The translations under genes and the position numbers were made by a program. Below, piece by piece: positions 21,530-32,456 of a stretch of 38,429 nucleotides of DNA. The stretch spans positions 26,578,227 to 26,616,655 of the forward strand of contig NC_068999.1 in NCBI RefSeq assembly GCF_001194135.2, given 5' to 3'. Each line of letters begins with the position of its first letter. Position 1 is the first letter of the stretch. The stretch comes from Octopus bimaculoides (taxonomy: Eukaryota). The notes beneath the pieces were generated by a model. That model saw only the letters and a list, made by a program, of their open reading frames with translations. It did not search any database and was not told the origin of the DNA.

Positions 21530-22240
21530 GTTAGTATACTTATGGGAAGACTGTCTTTAAGTTCTTATTATAATCAGGAGGGAGAGGAGTGAAAACAGCC
21601 TTGGTGGACACCTGTTTGTGGGTTAAATTCCTCATTAATCTCATAACAAACTCTTATCTTGCTAACGGCTCTTATATACATGGTTTGCATAGCTTACAAG
21701 CCATTCCTCTGCCTTAAATTTTCTTAGTGACCAACAGACTATGGAGCATGGTACCCTTTCAAAGATCTTCTCCAAGGCAACAAACGTTAGTATAATGGTT
21801 TATTCTTGGTTAAGAATTTCTCTTGTAGTTGCTTATTAAGAAGAGGGTGTCAGTGCTTCCATGTCTTGGATCAAAACCAAACTCATTTAGGTTCATTCTC
21901 ACTTTGATTTGCTATAACTGTCTGTCACTTCAGTTACTTGATCCATCAGTTTAATGTCTCTATAGTTACTTTTTTCTAAATCTCTTTTGCTTCTGTAGTA
22001 ATACTTCTGTGTCAGTCATTGGAAGTGACATTTCCCTGAACTACTTCATTGAGTTAGTAGTGCATGGAGATATTGGTGGTATTGGAGATATTTTCAGCGT
22101 CTGCTTGATTATCTCTGATAATTCAGCAGCTTTTCCTGCTTTCATATCCTTAATGGTTATTTCTACTATATTGCAGTTGACCTCAGTAGTTTGGTCCACT
22201 GTTGGATCCATGCAAGGTTTTCCTCACACTTTCTCCTAAT
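21530..22240 (-). mobile_element. Old decayed RTE RT fragment, antisense in an ASCC1 intron
   Basis: Remnants IKDMKAGKAA, FGFDPRHGSTDTLFLI, the LEKxFDRVP-equivalent region and GVHQG (acacctg/ttggtggacacc) on the minus strand, with many stops. Confidence 0.7.
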
Positions 22241-22916
22241 TTAACAGTCACTCTTAGCATTAGTTGTGTGTCACTTCTCAGTGACAGTCAAATAAGGTGC
22301 ACTGCTATCATTCTGTATTTACTTTGAGTCAATAACGTCTTGATTTGCTTTGATTCATTGCTTCACAACAGGGCCGGATTTAAACAATGGGGGAGAGGGT
22401 GGGCCTGGAGCACTTCAAGTTCAGTGGACCCCTTCATCATCATCATCATCATCATCATACACAAGAATTAAAGTTTTAGAAAATTACCAAATTTAGATCT
22501 CAAAACCCATCTATTTCAAATAATTGAATTTGGTGAGTTAGCAGAGAGTTTAAATAAATGATTGAAAATGTCACTTCATAGATACACTTTTTCAAAATTC
22601 AAATTTTGTTTTTCACACTTCCACTTGTGGTGTTTGACTTTTCCTTCATTGCAGGAGGGAAGAGTGGGGTAAGATTTTTTTACCTTTTAATGTGAGTAGA
22701 ATAAGATAAAATGACAGAAAATTATGAAAAAGACAAAAAATCATTTTTGTGATTGTTGCTGCTCCAAAGACGTAAGTGTGTGTGTGTGTGTGTGAGAGAG
22801 AGAGATACCAACATTTAAAAGACAGATTTGTGGAAAAAAAAAAAACACACCCTACAAAAACAGGAAAATTGAAACAGCTATTTCCAAGAGTCTGCTTTTC
22901 CAGTTTCCAGTAAGAG

Positions 22917-23465
22917 TAGGTGGGGCACAATGAATAATGTTTACTGCATTTTTGACTTTGCAGAAAATATATTTTTTACAAATGTCCACTACCTTGCCAA
23001 AACTAGCGAAGTATATCAGTAAAATCTATAACATATTCAGATCACTAGTTCAGAAAATTATCATTGTTCTCTTTGAGCAAATAAAAGACAAATTTAGGCG
23101 GGGCAAAATGGGTAAGACTAGACAAGGTAAATATGCCCTTTCAGTTCTCCAGAATTAGATTTGTGAAAAGAGTCATACACATAAACATCCATCCTTAGAC
23201 ATCAGAAAGATCAGAAATGTAACAAAATTTTAAATATCTTGGTCAAATGAAAGAGGATTATGGAAAAATAGCACATAATATGAAATTAATGAAACTAAAT
23301 CTAAAAACTCAACATGAAATATTCTTTATAGCTTCTTCACTATAGCTTCTTCACCAAAAATTATCTAGATATTTTATTAGCTACCTCAATTACAATCAGG
23401 TCAAATTTAAGGAAAAGTTTCTTTAAAATAGTACCTGTCACCTATGTTCCAAACTCTCAACAACA
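22917..23465. mobile_element. Second, inverted copy of the 14-kb DNA transposon end, with an internal deletion
   Basis: ggggcacaatga...ggggcaaaatgggtaagac...atccatccttagacatcag...cctcaattaca aligns to the reverse complement of 14676-14285 and 14100-13975. Confidence 0.7.
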
Positions 23466-23476
23466 ATTATGTAAAC

Positions 23477-24900
23477 CAGGGGTTCTCAACCTTTTTTTAT
23501 CTGTGGACCCCTTTGATTCCTATTTTACTCCTGTGAACCTACCACCACCACCACCATTCAATGTTTAAAAAAAATCATATTGTATTTTTATAATTAAATA
23601 TTATTTGGACTTGTATAAAAATTGTTAAAATATTTTGTGAACTGTAGACCTATAACCAATTTCTTTACAACTAAATTCTATGAAAAATGAATGTTCACAA
23701 GTAAAATGAGTCATAAATATACAAGTATATATTTGTTAAAACCAGATAGTACTTTAGTGTTAATTTCTTTAATGCACGTCTGGCAGTTGGTGCTGCTCTG
23801 CTAGTTTTAAAATATTCTACTCCAATGTTGTCAATGATAATTGAAGATCATCTTTTTCTATAATGTCCATTTGATTACGAGCTTTTGACAGTAAGTTAGT
23901 GACATGGCCGAAACCAGATTCAACAAGGTAAGATAAAGGAAATGCAGTAAAGTACAACTGCGCTTCCCCACCAGAATAGTGGATACTTTGTAGCAGTGTC
24001 ATTTCTTTTCCATACATTATGTTCTCCATCTTTAAATCTTGCTTGAAATATTTCATCACTCTGCAATTCAATGAGATTCTCCTGCAAACAGATATCTACA
24101 TCAGCAACATTAACTTCAAAAAGAAATGTCACCCGATGTGGAATATTTAACTTCAGCAGGTCGTTAAACTGAGCTTGCATATCATTATGCAAGTTTTTCA
24201 AATGTTCACCTTTAGGTCTACACAAACCTCTCAGTGATGATCTTGATAAAAAAAATCATCTTCTCCAAAACTAAAATGATTGTTTTGAACTCTCTCATAT
24301 TTGAAGAGTTATGAATTGAAATTGAGCCATATTTGTTACTGTAGTTTAAAAGGGACACACTTTACACTAAACTTGAAACTGTCAATGGAAAGCCACCATT
24401 TATTTAGCACGTTTTTTTCATTTACTCAGTTTCATCAGAAAACTTGACATCATTGTAGAACGCTAGGATGGTGTCCTTTGAGTAGAAGGGCAGTGAATAT
24501 TTTTCTCTGCTACCATAAAATGTAATTTTGATTCCAGAATTTTGATGAAGTTTTTCGAAAATCAGTCATATTCCATAAATCAGAAATCTATATCGTTAGA
24601 CATAAGTAATTCATCATTGCCATTTAGGAGTTTTGGAAGCTGAAACAAATATCTCATTTGGATGCAGGATAGTTCTTCTGGTTGATTCTTGATTACGATA
24701 TGTCTATTTGCTTTGATTATTTTGATCGATCCTCTTGATATTGACAATACAAAAATCAGAACCAATCTTACTGATTTTTTGTTTCCAGCCAAACCATTAG
24801 CACACAAGATTTTAGTTATCTCCTCTTCTCATTAGTCCATTGCCATCCATTGCCTCAAATACTCTCTGTTAATTATGCAAACAGTTTAAGAAACCCATTA
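23477..24900 (-). mobile_element. hAT (Charlie/Buster-like) transposon remnant: one TIR plus decayed transposase C-terminus
   Basis: Terminus CAGGGGTTCTCAACC at 23477; minus-strand fragments HLKNLHNDMQAQFNDLL, LQENLIELQSDE and AFPLSYLVESGFGHVTNLLSKARNQMDI..DLQLSLT (hAT dimerisation domain). Confidence 0.85.
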
Positions 24901-25391
24901 CTTATCTCGGTCTCCAAGCAATACTCAAAATTAAGCAGATTGTGCTCTGTTAAAAAAATGAGAAATAGATTTCCTACATTCATTCAGTGTCACAAATATA
25001 GTTAAAGACATCTAGATGGTGCATGCTATTTCTTTAAGATGAAGCCATAATATCTGTTCAGTTGATAAATAGATTAATAATGAATGAATTACTTTCCCAT
25101 TTTTGATACATATTTTGACAACATCACACTTGGGAATTATTGTAAAATAATTATATAAAAATGACATCAAATGAGAATTCATTGAAATTGGAGTAAAATG
25201 TACTTGGGGATCCCTAATTGCAATGTATGTGGGGATAGTGGATAGAATATAAAGAAATATTCTGTATCTCTAAGACTAGAACCTATAGGATAAAACTTAT
25301 GGGATATTTAGAATTAGAACTCAAAATATACCCAAGAATAGTTCTAACTTTCAAGGCTTCAGAATTCTTTTTTTTTTTTGTTGAAAGTAGA

Positions 25392-25801
25392 GGGAAGTTG
25401 TGGAAGAGGGAGACCCAAGAAGACATGGAACAGAGTATTGAAGGTCAGTCTCAAGACACTGAGCCTTACGAAGGAGATGACAGAAGACTGAGATGTGTGG
25501 TGCATTACTTTACTCAAGAAGACCTGTCCATCACAACAGATTTGATATCCTAAAACTAAGGTGCCATGTAAAAAACATTGGTGTGGGTGCTGGTGCCACA
25601 TAGAGAGCACAGGTGATGGTGACACATAAAATGTACTTGGTACACTCTGTGCAGTGGTTGGGATTAGGAAGGGCATTAAGTTGAAGAAACCAAGCCAAAA
25701 CAGACTATGGCATCTGGTGTAGCCTCTGTCCTTGCCAGTTCCTGTCATGCTTTCTAACCCATGCCAGCATGGAAAATGGACGTTAAATGTTGATAATGAT
25801 G
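25392..25801 (+). mobile_element. RTE LINE 3' fragment and tail
   Basis: GSCGRGRPKKTWNRVLK...TKEMTED then the family 3' UTR and catgccagcatggaaaatggacgttaaatg tail. Confidence 0.8.
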
Positions 25802-26217
25802 TACTGCTGCCCAGAAAAATATTTTTAAAGTCCACTGTTCTTTAGATATGATTATCTGCTGTCTTGTAACAACCCATTATAATCTTAATGATAAATTTGA
25901 TTATACTGTTGTCTGTTGTTGATATTGCTGTATGACATAATGTTGTACTTGATGTACCATATGACATAATTATGTCATACTTGATGACACAGAAACATTG
26001 TAATAAAAGTAAGAAGGATAAATTTGGAATCAGTTGATAATCCTCACTGTCTCTACTTCAAAGTTTTTCACTTAAGTGAGGCCATCCAGGCACATGAATG
26101 GCTGCATGTAAGAAGAAACTATGTAGCTATGCAGGGAATCATCAACTATTTGCAAATAAGTAAATGCAACTACATGCATTTAGTATTTGTTCTCATTTTT
26201 TCAGCCCAAAACGTACA

Positions 26218-26400
26218 TACATCATCATCATTTTCTAATGTCCATTTTCCACACTGGCATAGGCTGGAACTGATGAACAAGAGCGACTGTGTCTGCTTTG
26301 GAAATGGTTTCTATGACTGGATGCCCTTTCTGATGCCAACCACTTTATGGGGTGTACTGGGTGCTTTTTTCCTGGCACCAGTACTAGTGAGGTTACCAAG
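26218..26400 (-). mobile_element. RTE-type 3' tail
   Basis: catcatcatcat...atgactggatgccctttctgatgccaaccacttt. Confidence 0.7.
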
Positions 26401-26829
26401 TATAAGAAAATACATATATATACATACACTCACATACACTAGTTTAGATGATGATAATTTCTTGGGTGTACATTGTTAAATGAATCTTAGTAAACATAAG
26501 AAAAGCACCTGTTTCATTTCATGACTGTATTGTTAGTGCTAAAATGCTTAAATCCACATTTCATTTTCTGTTTGAATTGTGGTAAGCTATTAAAGGATGG
26601 ACAAGTGTGGTGGAGAGTGAATTCTAGAAGGAATGTGCAAATAATTAAAATTTTTTTCGATAAGACCATTTTGCCTGCATAGAACAATGCATTATAGAGA
26701 AAGTAATATAAGTTGTTGATAAATATACTTTTAGTGATTTTTATCAATTATCTTTTTGAAAGTAGGTAAAATATATAACATGTCACAACTGAGTTTTTTT
26801 GTTTGTTTGTTTGTTATATTATATTTTAG

Positions 26830-27008
26830 TAATCCTGGGTCGAGACAAGAAAGGTGTGGTTTCTGCATATACCCGATTGGAATTACTGGTTATTTCAGCA
26901 AGACAGAAACAACCTTTCACACACTTCCTCTCTATTCCAATCACAGCCAAATCTATACACAATCAAGTTTTGGAGTTTAAAGAAGATGTGCTTCGAGAAT
27001 GTGATGGG
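26830..27008 (+). CDS. ASCC1: ASCC1 coding exon 3
   Basis: VILGRDKKGVVSAYTRLELLVISARQKQPFTHFLSIP...FKEDVLRECDG; acceptor ttttag, donor gtaaat; 179 nt, phase 1 to 0. Confidence 0.95.
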
Positions 27009-27915
27009 GTAAATTTACTTAAAATTTACTTAAAACTTTTTAAAAACCTGGTGTTTGTGAACAATAGTGACTTAATAAGTTGATTAAGATGGTTAATATC
27101 CTTCATTCACAATCTTTTCTTAATTTATTAGTTTCTGAAAATTACCCATTTTTTACATTCTAAAAGAATAAAGATCCTCAGTTTTCAGTGATGAATTATT
27201 GCTATCAAGAATGACTTTTTTTGTGAGCTGGTATTGTCTGCTGAAATGACTGAAGTATCTCATTTGCAAATGTTTTTATAAATATTCTGGCTGTCAAAAA
27301 GAAAACCTTTTATTTTGTGAGGGCCTGTCATCACCACTATCATCTATAACATGTATTTATGTTAGGAATGATAATGGACATGCCACATATCCAGTTGTAT
27401 GATCAGGTTTTATGTACATCAACAATCATGACATGATTTTGGAAAATTATTTATAGTTTGTCTTCCTGTGAGTTGGTTCCCAGGTGATGATTTTTGCCTT
27501 AGTTGGGAAACAACTGATATTATTGAAAGGGAAGCCCCACAATCAACTACAAAGTCTCCATCTTTTCAGGTGCATTAGTATTTATAATAAATAGATGTTT
27601 GTTTAAGTTTCCACAATTCTTTTCTTTTCTGTATTTCCTTTATTGGTTGAATCAGTCCTTGATAATAGAATTTCTATTTTTACTTTGTGATAAATATACC
27701 ACTTGTTTATTGTTTTATGACTTTTTAAATTAAGCAATACCAAACAAAATCTGGTTTTTAAACATTAAAATTCTAAACATTCTTGCAAGTACAAAATCTA
27801 ACATAAATGTTTTCAAATTACTCATTAAAATAATTTTAATTAATTTTCTTGTGTTGGTTATGTATTTAAGGATTGTGAATTGTTAAACAAAAAAAAACTT
27901 TAAATTCCATTATAG

Positions 27916-28052
27916 GATTTGGGTTTGGATGCATCGATCTTTCAAAATTGTCAGAAGCTGCATTTAACTATTGGAACATTGGTGTTACTAAGTGAATCAG
28001 AGGTTGAAAAAGCTACAGAATTACTAAACAAATGCAATGAAAATTTAATTCG
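27916..28052 (+). CDS. ASCC1: ASCC1 coding exon 4 (first HxT motif of the 2H-phosphoesterase domain)
   Basis: DLGLDASIFQNCQKLHLTIGTLVLLSESEVEKATELL; acceptor tatag, donor gtaatg; 137 nt, phase 0 to 2. Confidence 0.95.
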
Positions 28053-28464
28053 GTAATGCTTTACTATTTCTTTGAAATAACTTAATTTGTTTTAGCAGCA
28101 AATTAAATTAGGAATGTATCTAACCAAACCAGATTGTAACAGTAGCCAATTGAAATAGGATGTTTTTCTTTAGATTATGATGCTTTCATTTGAACATGGA
28201 ATTTTATGGTTTTATGCCTATACTGACATTTACTTTATCACTATGTCTGACTTATTTACAGCTTCCTATGAGACTTAGTTGTGTTTAAATCATTAGATAA
28301 TGAAAGATATACAGCAAATTGTTGCAGTTAAAACCTTTTTTTCAGTCATTGTCTTCTCAGATAAATCTGAGTTTGAATAGGTCATTTGTATAGATAATCC
28401 AATGTGTAAATATATTTCAAATTGTGCAAGTGCTTATTTTCATAGGTTTACTTCCAGGATAATA

Positions 28465-28680
28465 TTGATTCAAATTTTGGCACAAGGCCAGCAATTTTGG
28501 GAGGAGAGGCAAGTCAATTACATCAATTCCAGTGTTCAACTGGTAGTTATTTTATTGACCCTGCAAAGATGAAAGGCAAAGTCAGCCTTGGTAGAATTTG
28601 AACTCAGAATGTGAAGATGGATGAAATGTCGCTAAGCATTTTACCTGTTGTGCTAACAATTCTGCAAGCTTGCCACCTTA
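28465..28680 (-). mobile_element. tRNA-derived SINE
   Basis: gatgaaaggcaaagtcagccttggtagaatttgaactcagaa contains a reverse-complement B-box-like gagttcaaattc followed by tRNA-like head sequence. Confidence 0.6.
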
Positions 28681-28744
28681 ACTTCCAGGATAATATTAAT
28701 ATAGGATAGTCTGTATTGATGTCTCTGTACTGTGCTGTACAACA

Positions 28745-29016
28745 AGACACGTCTTTGCTGTTGCCACTCCACCAAATATGTATGTTACTGCCACATGAAA
28801 AAGCATGTCTCTGGTAATGTTGCCATTTGACAAAACATGTGTCAGTTAATGTTGCTACATGACGACATATCTGTGTTAATGCTACTAAATGTCAAGACAT
28901 GTCTCTGTTAATGTTACTACATGACAAGACGTGTCTATGCTGCTATGTGACAAGACATGTCTCAGTTAATACTGCAACATCTGTTAATGACGTCTCTTTT
29001 GCCACAAAGCATGTCT
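28745..29016. repeat. Degenerate minisatellite with a period of about 32 bp
   Basis: Recurrent unit ~ACATGACAAGACATGTCTCTGTTAATGTTGCT; core starts at 28801, 28833, 28863, 28895, 28927, 28953 and 29007. Confidence 0.85.
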
Positions 29017-29120
29017 CTGGTGCTGTTAAATATCTGATTTACTAAATAAAGAAATGTTTTAAATACATAATTGTAATTTATCTTAGTATTCCATTTATAA
29101 CAAAAATATATTATTTGTAG

Positions 29121-29240
29121 GCCACTTTTAAAAGATGAACCCCTTCACTGTCAGCTTGTTGGTTTGGAATATATGAATGATGATCCTGGAGCTGTAGACG
29201 TTCTTTATATTAAAGTAATCCAACCAGAAAATTCTGAAAG
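29121..29240 (+). CDS. ASCC1: ASCC1 coding exon 5
   Basis: PLLKDEPLHCQLVGLEYMNDDPGAVDVLYIKV (the ASCC1 GxEYMNDDPxxVDVLY motif); acceptor ttgtag, donor gtgaga; 120 nt, phase 2 to 2. Confidence 0.95.
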
Positions 29241-29765
29241 GTGAGACTTTCTAGAAGCATTCCATTTTGTGTAATAAAATATAAATTATGTACATGAGCA
29301 AGATGTGCACAAAAGACTCTTAAGTTAAGTTCTTATATTCTTTTTCTTAATATGTAATTTCAATAGTTTTACCCTAACCCTCAGTCTTAGCAAACGATGG
29401 TAGTTTGTGAAGTTGTTTATTCCTGTATATAGTGTGAAATAAGCTATTGTTTACTGTTTATGGTGGTTGCCATTTTACTTGATAAATATCTAAATACTCT
29501 AGGAATCTTCATACAGCATTGAACAATTGTGAAGCATGTATTATTATAATGGTTATAAGATAAGTTATTGTCATTTCCCATTTTAATCCCACCCATCCCT
29601 CACCACCTCCTCATGATGGGTGTACTTCTTTTTATATATGATGCATTTGTGCTCATGTCTAGATATGTTGTGTGAAATGGATATATACTCGTACATGTCT
29701 ATATAGGAAAAACATGTATGAATGTTGTTTGTGTATTTCTGTATGTATGTATATAAGATCGGAAG

Positions 29766-29813
29766 NNNNNNNNNNNNNNNNNNNNNNNNNNNNNNNNNNN
29801 NNNNNNNNNNNNN
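29766..29813. other. Assembly gap (48 N) next to (TA)n
   Basis: N run. Confidence 0.98.
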
Positions 29814-29857
<44 letters not shown>

Positions 29858-29862
<5 letters not shown>

Positions 29863-30290
29863 TCATTATTGCCATTGTTTAATGTTTATCTTCCATGCAT
29901 GCATGGGTAGGATGATTGACAGGAGCCACTCAGGTTACTGTGCTTGTTTTGGCAGGGTTTTTATGGCTGGATGCCTTTCCTAACACCAACCACTCTGCAG
30001 AGTGGACTGAGTGCTTTTTATGTGGCCCCAGCACAGGCAAGATCAGTTTGTCATGATTTTTACTGCTGGATGCCCTACCAAATGCCAACCAATTTACAGT
30101 GTGGATGGGATGCTTTGTTACATGGCACCAGCACTGGCAGGGTTATCAAGGAACTTGCAAGACAAGGAATTTTGAGAGGGGAGGGGGCATTGGAGGAGGG
30201 GATTTTGTGTCAGATGAGAGGTTAGAGAGTGACAGAGACACAGAGAGGCAGAAACAGGTGTCTTGTTATAGAGGAGGAGGCGTTAATTGA
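29858..30290 (-). mobile_element. RTE-tail-bearing element
   Basis: atggctggatgcctttcctaacaccaaccactc followed by a partial second copy and a purine-rich body, as at 5989-6930. Confidence 0.6.
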
Positions 30291-31370
30291 AGTGTACAAT
30301 ATTATATATCCATTACAGCCGATCTTACCAATTGATTTTGCATTAGGGATTCAATAGTGTGTTAAAAAGCAGCCCGATTATGTAACTCTGTGTATGCTTT
30401 GTTTATCTTTTAGTTGTATGCTTTGGAGTATTTGTGTAGGTATGAAGTATGTGTAGGGGTACCATATGTATAAGAGTGTATACTGGGAGGTGGAAAAAGG
30501 ATTTATTGGGTGAATGTCTGCTGTGTTACGGTGTGAAGGTGCAGTGAGTGCATTTGTGTATGTTCTGGTCAAACTTTTTGCTGGATTCCCAGGTATTGGA
30601 TTGTAGGAGGGCCGAATTTAGGGAACTGGTGATTATAGTCATGGGGCTTGTAGATATGATAGAATATACTTCTGTTCATGTGGGCAAGGATTGAAAATTT
30701 TACTTTTGCTGTTCAGATAGCTGCCTGGATGTTGGGAGTTCTTTAATATGGCTCTTCTTGGGTAGGCATAATCTGCACTTCCTGCTGCTATGGAAGTAAG
30801 CTTTGCTTTTCTTCAATATCCTCCACTTTATGTTGTATTCTCTGGTGCTTTCTTTCAATAACCATACATGCTTGGCCAGCATTGTGGAGTTTTGTCTCTC
30901 CAGAATGTTGAAGGAGGACTTGTGGTTGTTGTATCAGGTTCTAAAGAGCCCATCAATTGCTCCGACATACTCTTGCATGTTTGGTTGCCCATTTGGTTCA
31001 GTTGCTGTTATCTCTGCCTCATATACAATGGTTTCTGTATTACAGTGGCCGTTAAGTGGACATGCTGTGATACCCTCACATGAGCATCCTGCTTCTGTCT
31101 CAGGTGTGGACCTACCTACCAATTTCTTTTTTATGTTGGGTACATGACTAAAAGAAACCCTCAGGGTGTGCTTGTTAAATATTTTAATTATTTGTATGAG
31201 GGGAGTGTTTGTCTGCTAAGCTTAAGAAAATCTTACCCACATGAGTTTTAACACTTAAAGAGAAGGGAGGTGTGAACCACAACACTTTCCAGTGACATTT
31301 TCTCTTGAGGAGTTAGGGTCTGGTATATAACTAACCTTTTCCTTAAAACTGCTGGCAGTCTTGTAGATGT
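30290..31370 (-). mobile_element. Penelope-like element fragment, Naiad-type: RT-EN linker, GIY-YIG endonuclease and 3' region
   Basis: VLWFTPPFSLSVKTHVGKIFL, then CSCEGITACPLNGHC (CxCx5Cx5C, 31042-31086), IVYEAEI...EYVG, FRT*YNNHKSSF, STMLAKHVW, YNIKWRIL, KCRLC. Confidence 0.85.
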
Positions 31371-31399
31371 ATGTATATATATATATATATGTATTTCAT

Positions 31400-31827
31400 T
31401 ATCATCATCATTTAACATTCTTTGTCCATGCTGGCATGGGTTGGATGGTTTGACCAGGGCTGGCAAGCTGGAAGGCTGCACCAGACACCAATCTGATTTG
31501 GCATGGTTTCTATGGCTGGATTCCCTTCCTAATGCCAACCACTCTAAGAATGTAATGGGTGCTTTTATATGCCACCAGCATGGGTGCCTTTTGTGTGACA
31601 CCAGTATCTGTCACGACTGCAATTTTACTTGGTTTGATGGTTTTCTTCTCAAGCACAGCATAAATCCAAAGGTCTTGGTCATTCATCATTGCCTCCATGA
31701 GGCCCAACAGTTGAAATGTGCTTTTCACATACCACTGGCATCAGCCACTTTGCCTCTGTGAGACCCAACAATCGGAAGGTTTTTTATGTGCCACCAGCAT
31801 GGGTGATGCTAGCATTGGCCATGACTA

Positions 31828-31828
<1 letters not shown>
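31400..31828 (-). mobile_element. RTE-type 3' UTR and tail fragment
   Basis: catcatcatttaacattc...catgctggcatgggttgg...atggctggattcccttcctaatgccaaccac. Confidence 0.75.
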
Positions 31829-31877
<49 letters not shown>

Positions 31878-32000
31878 ATTGCCAAACTTTTGAAAGAATG
31901 TGAAATCTTTTAATATATCTCAAAGCACATACACCGAAAACTATAAACAAAAGCATGTAAACATTGAACAGAAAAACCCATGTGGAGAGAAAAAAAAATA

Positions 32001-32085
32001 AAAGGCTGCCTATGTCTATCATGTCTACAGGAGATGGGGATTCATGTGACATGAACCCACATCTCCTGTAGATATGACAGCCTTT
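32001..32085. other. Long intronic hairpin
   Basis: 29-bp arms at 32019-32047 and 32049-32077 (26/29 paired, 1-nt loop) plus an outer 8-bp stem aaaggctg/cagccttt. Confidence 0.85.
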
Positions 32086-32263
32086 GCATTTTTGCTATCC
32101 AAAAGGTTTTTTCAATCCAGTATTTACATGCAGAACCTGTTATTAGTGAAAAATGTTGGCAAATTATTACAGTAGTAGTAAGGTTTCGACATTTGATAAC
32201 TTATGATTTATTATTTAATTGTTACACAAATGCTGTAAAATTTATTATTTGAATACCTTTTAG

Positions 32264-32456
32264 GCTTGAAGTATTGTGTAATCAGTTAGTTGAGAAATTC
32301 ACAATGGCAGGATTAATGCAGAAGGACTACGACCGTGTGAAATTACATGCAACCATAATGAATACGCTATTTCGCAGTGATCCTTCAGGTGTTGCTCGCG
32401 TTCAATCTAATCGTGGAACCCCAAGAAAATCTTTTGATGCTAAACAAATATTAAAG
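32264..32456 (+). CDS. ASCC1: ASCC1 coding exon 6 (second HxT motif)
   Basis: RLEVLCNQLVEKF...YDRVKLHATIMNTLFR...RKSFDAKQILK; acceptor ttttag, donor gtaagt; 193 nt, phase 2 to 0. There is no stop, so the gene continues. Confidence 0.95.

Noticed and set aside
22369-22432. cagggccggattta as a hAT-MITE terminus
   Set aside because: No matching opposite terminus or TSD was found, so it is too short to support.
30934-30936. In-frame TGA in the Naiad endonuclease as selenocysteine
   Set aside because: It falls at the Arg position of F(K/R)TRYNNH, consistent with a CGA-to-TGA CpG mutation, not at a Cys position.
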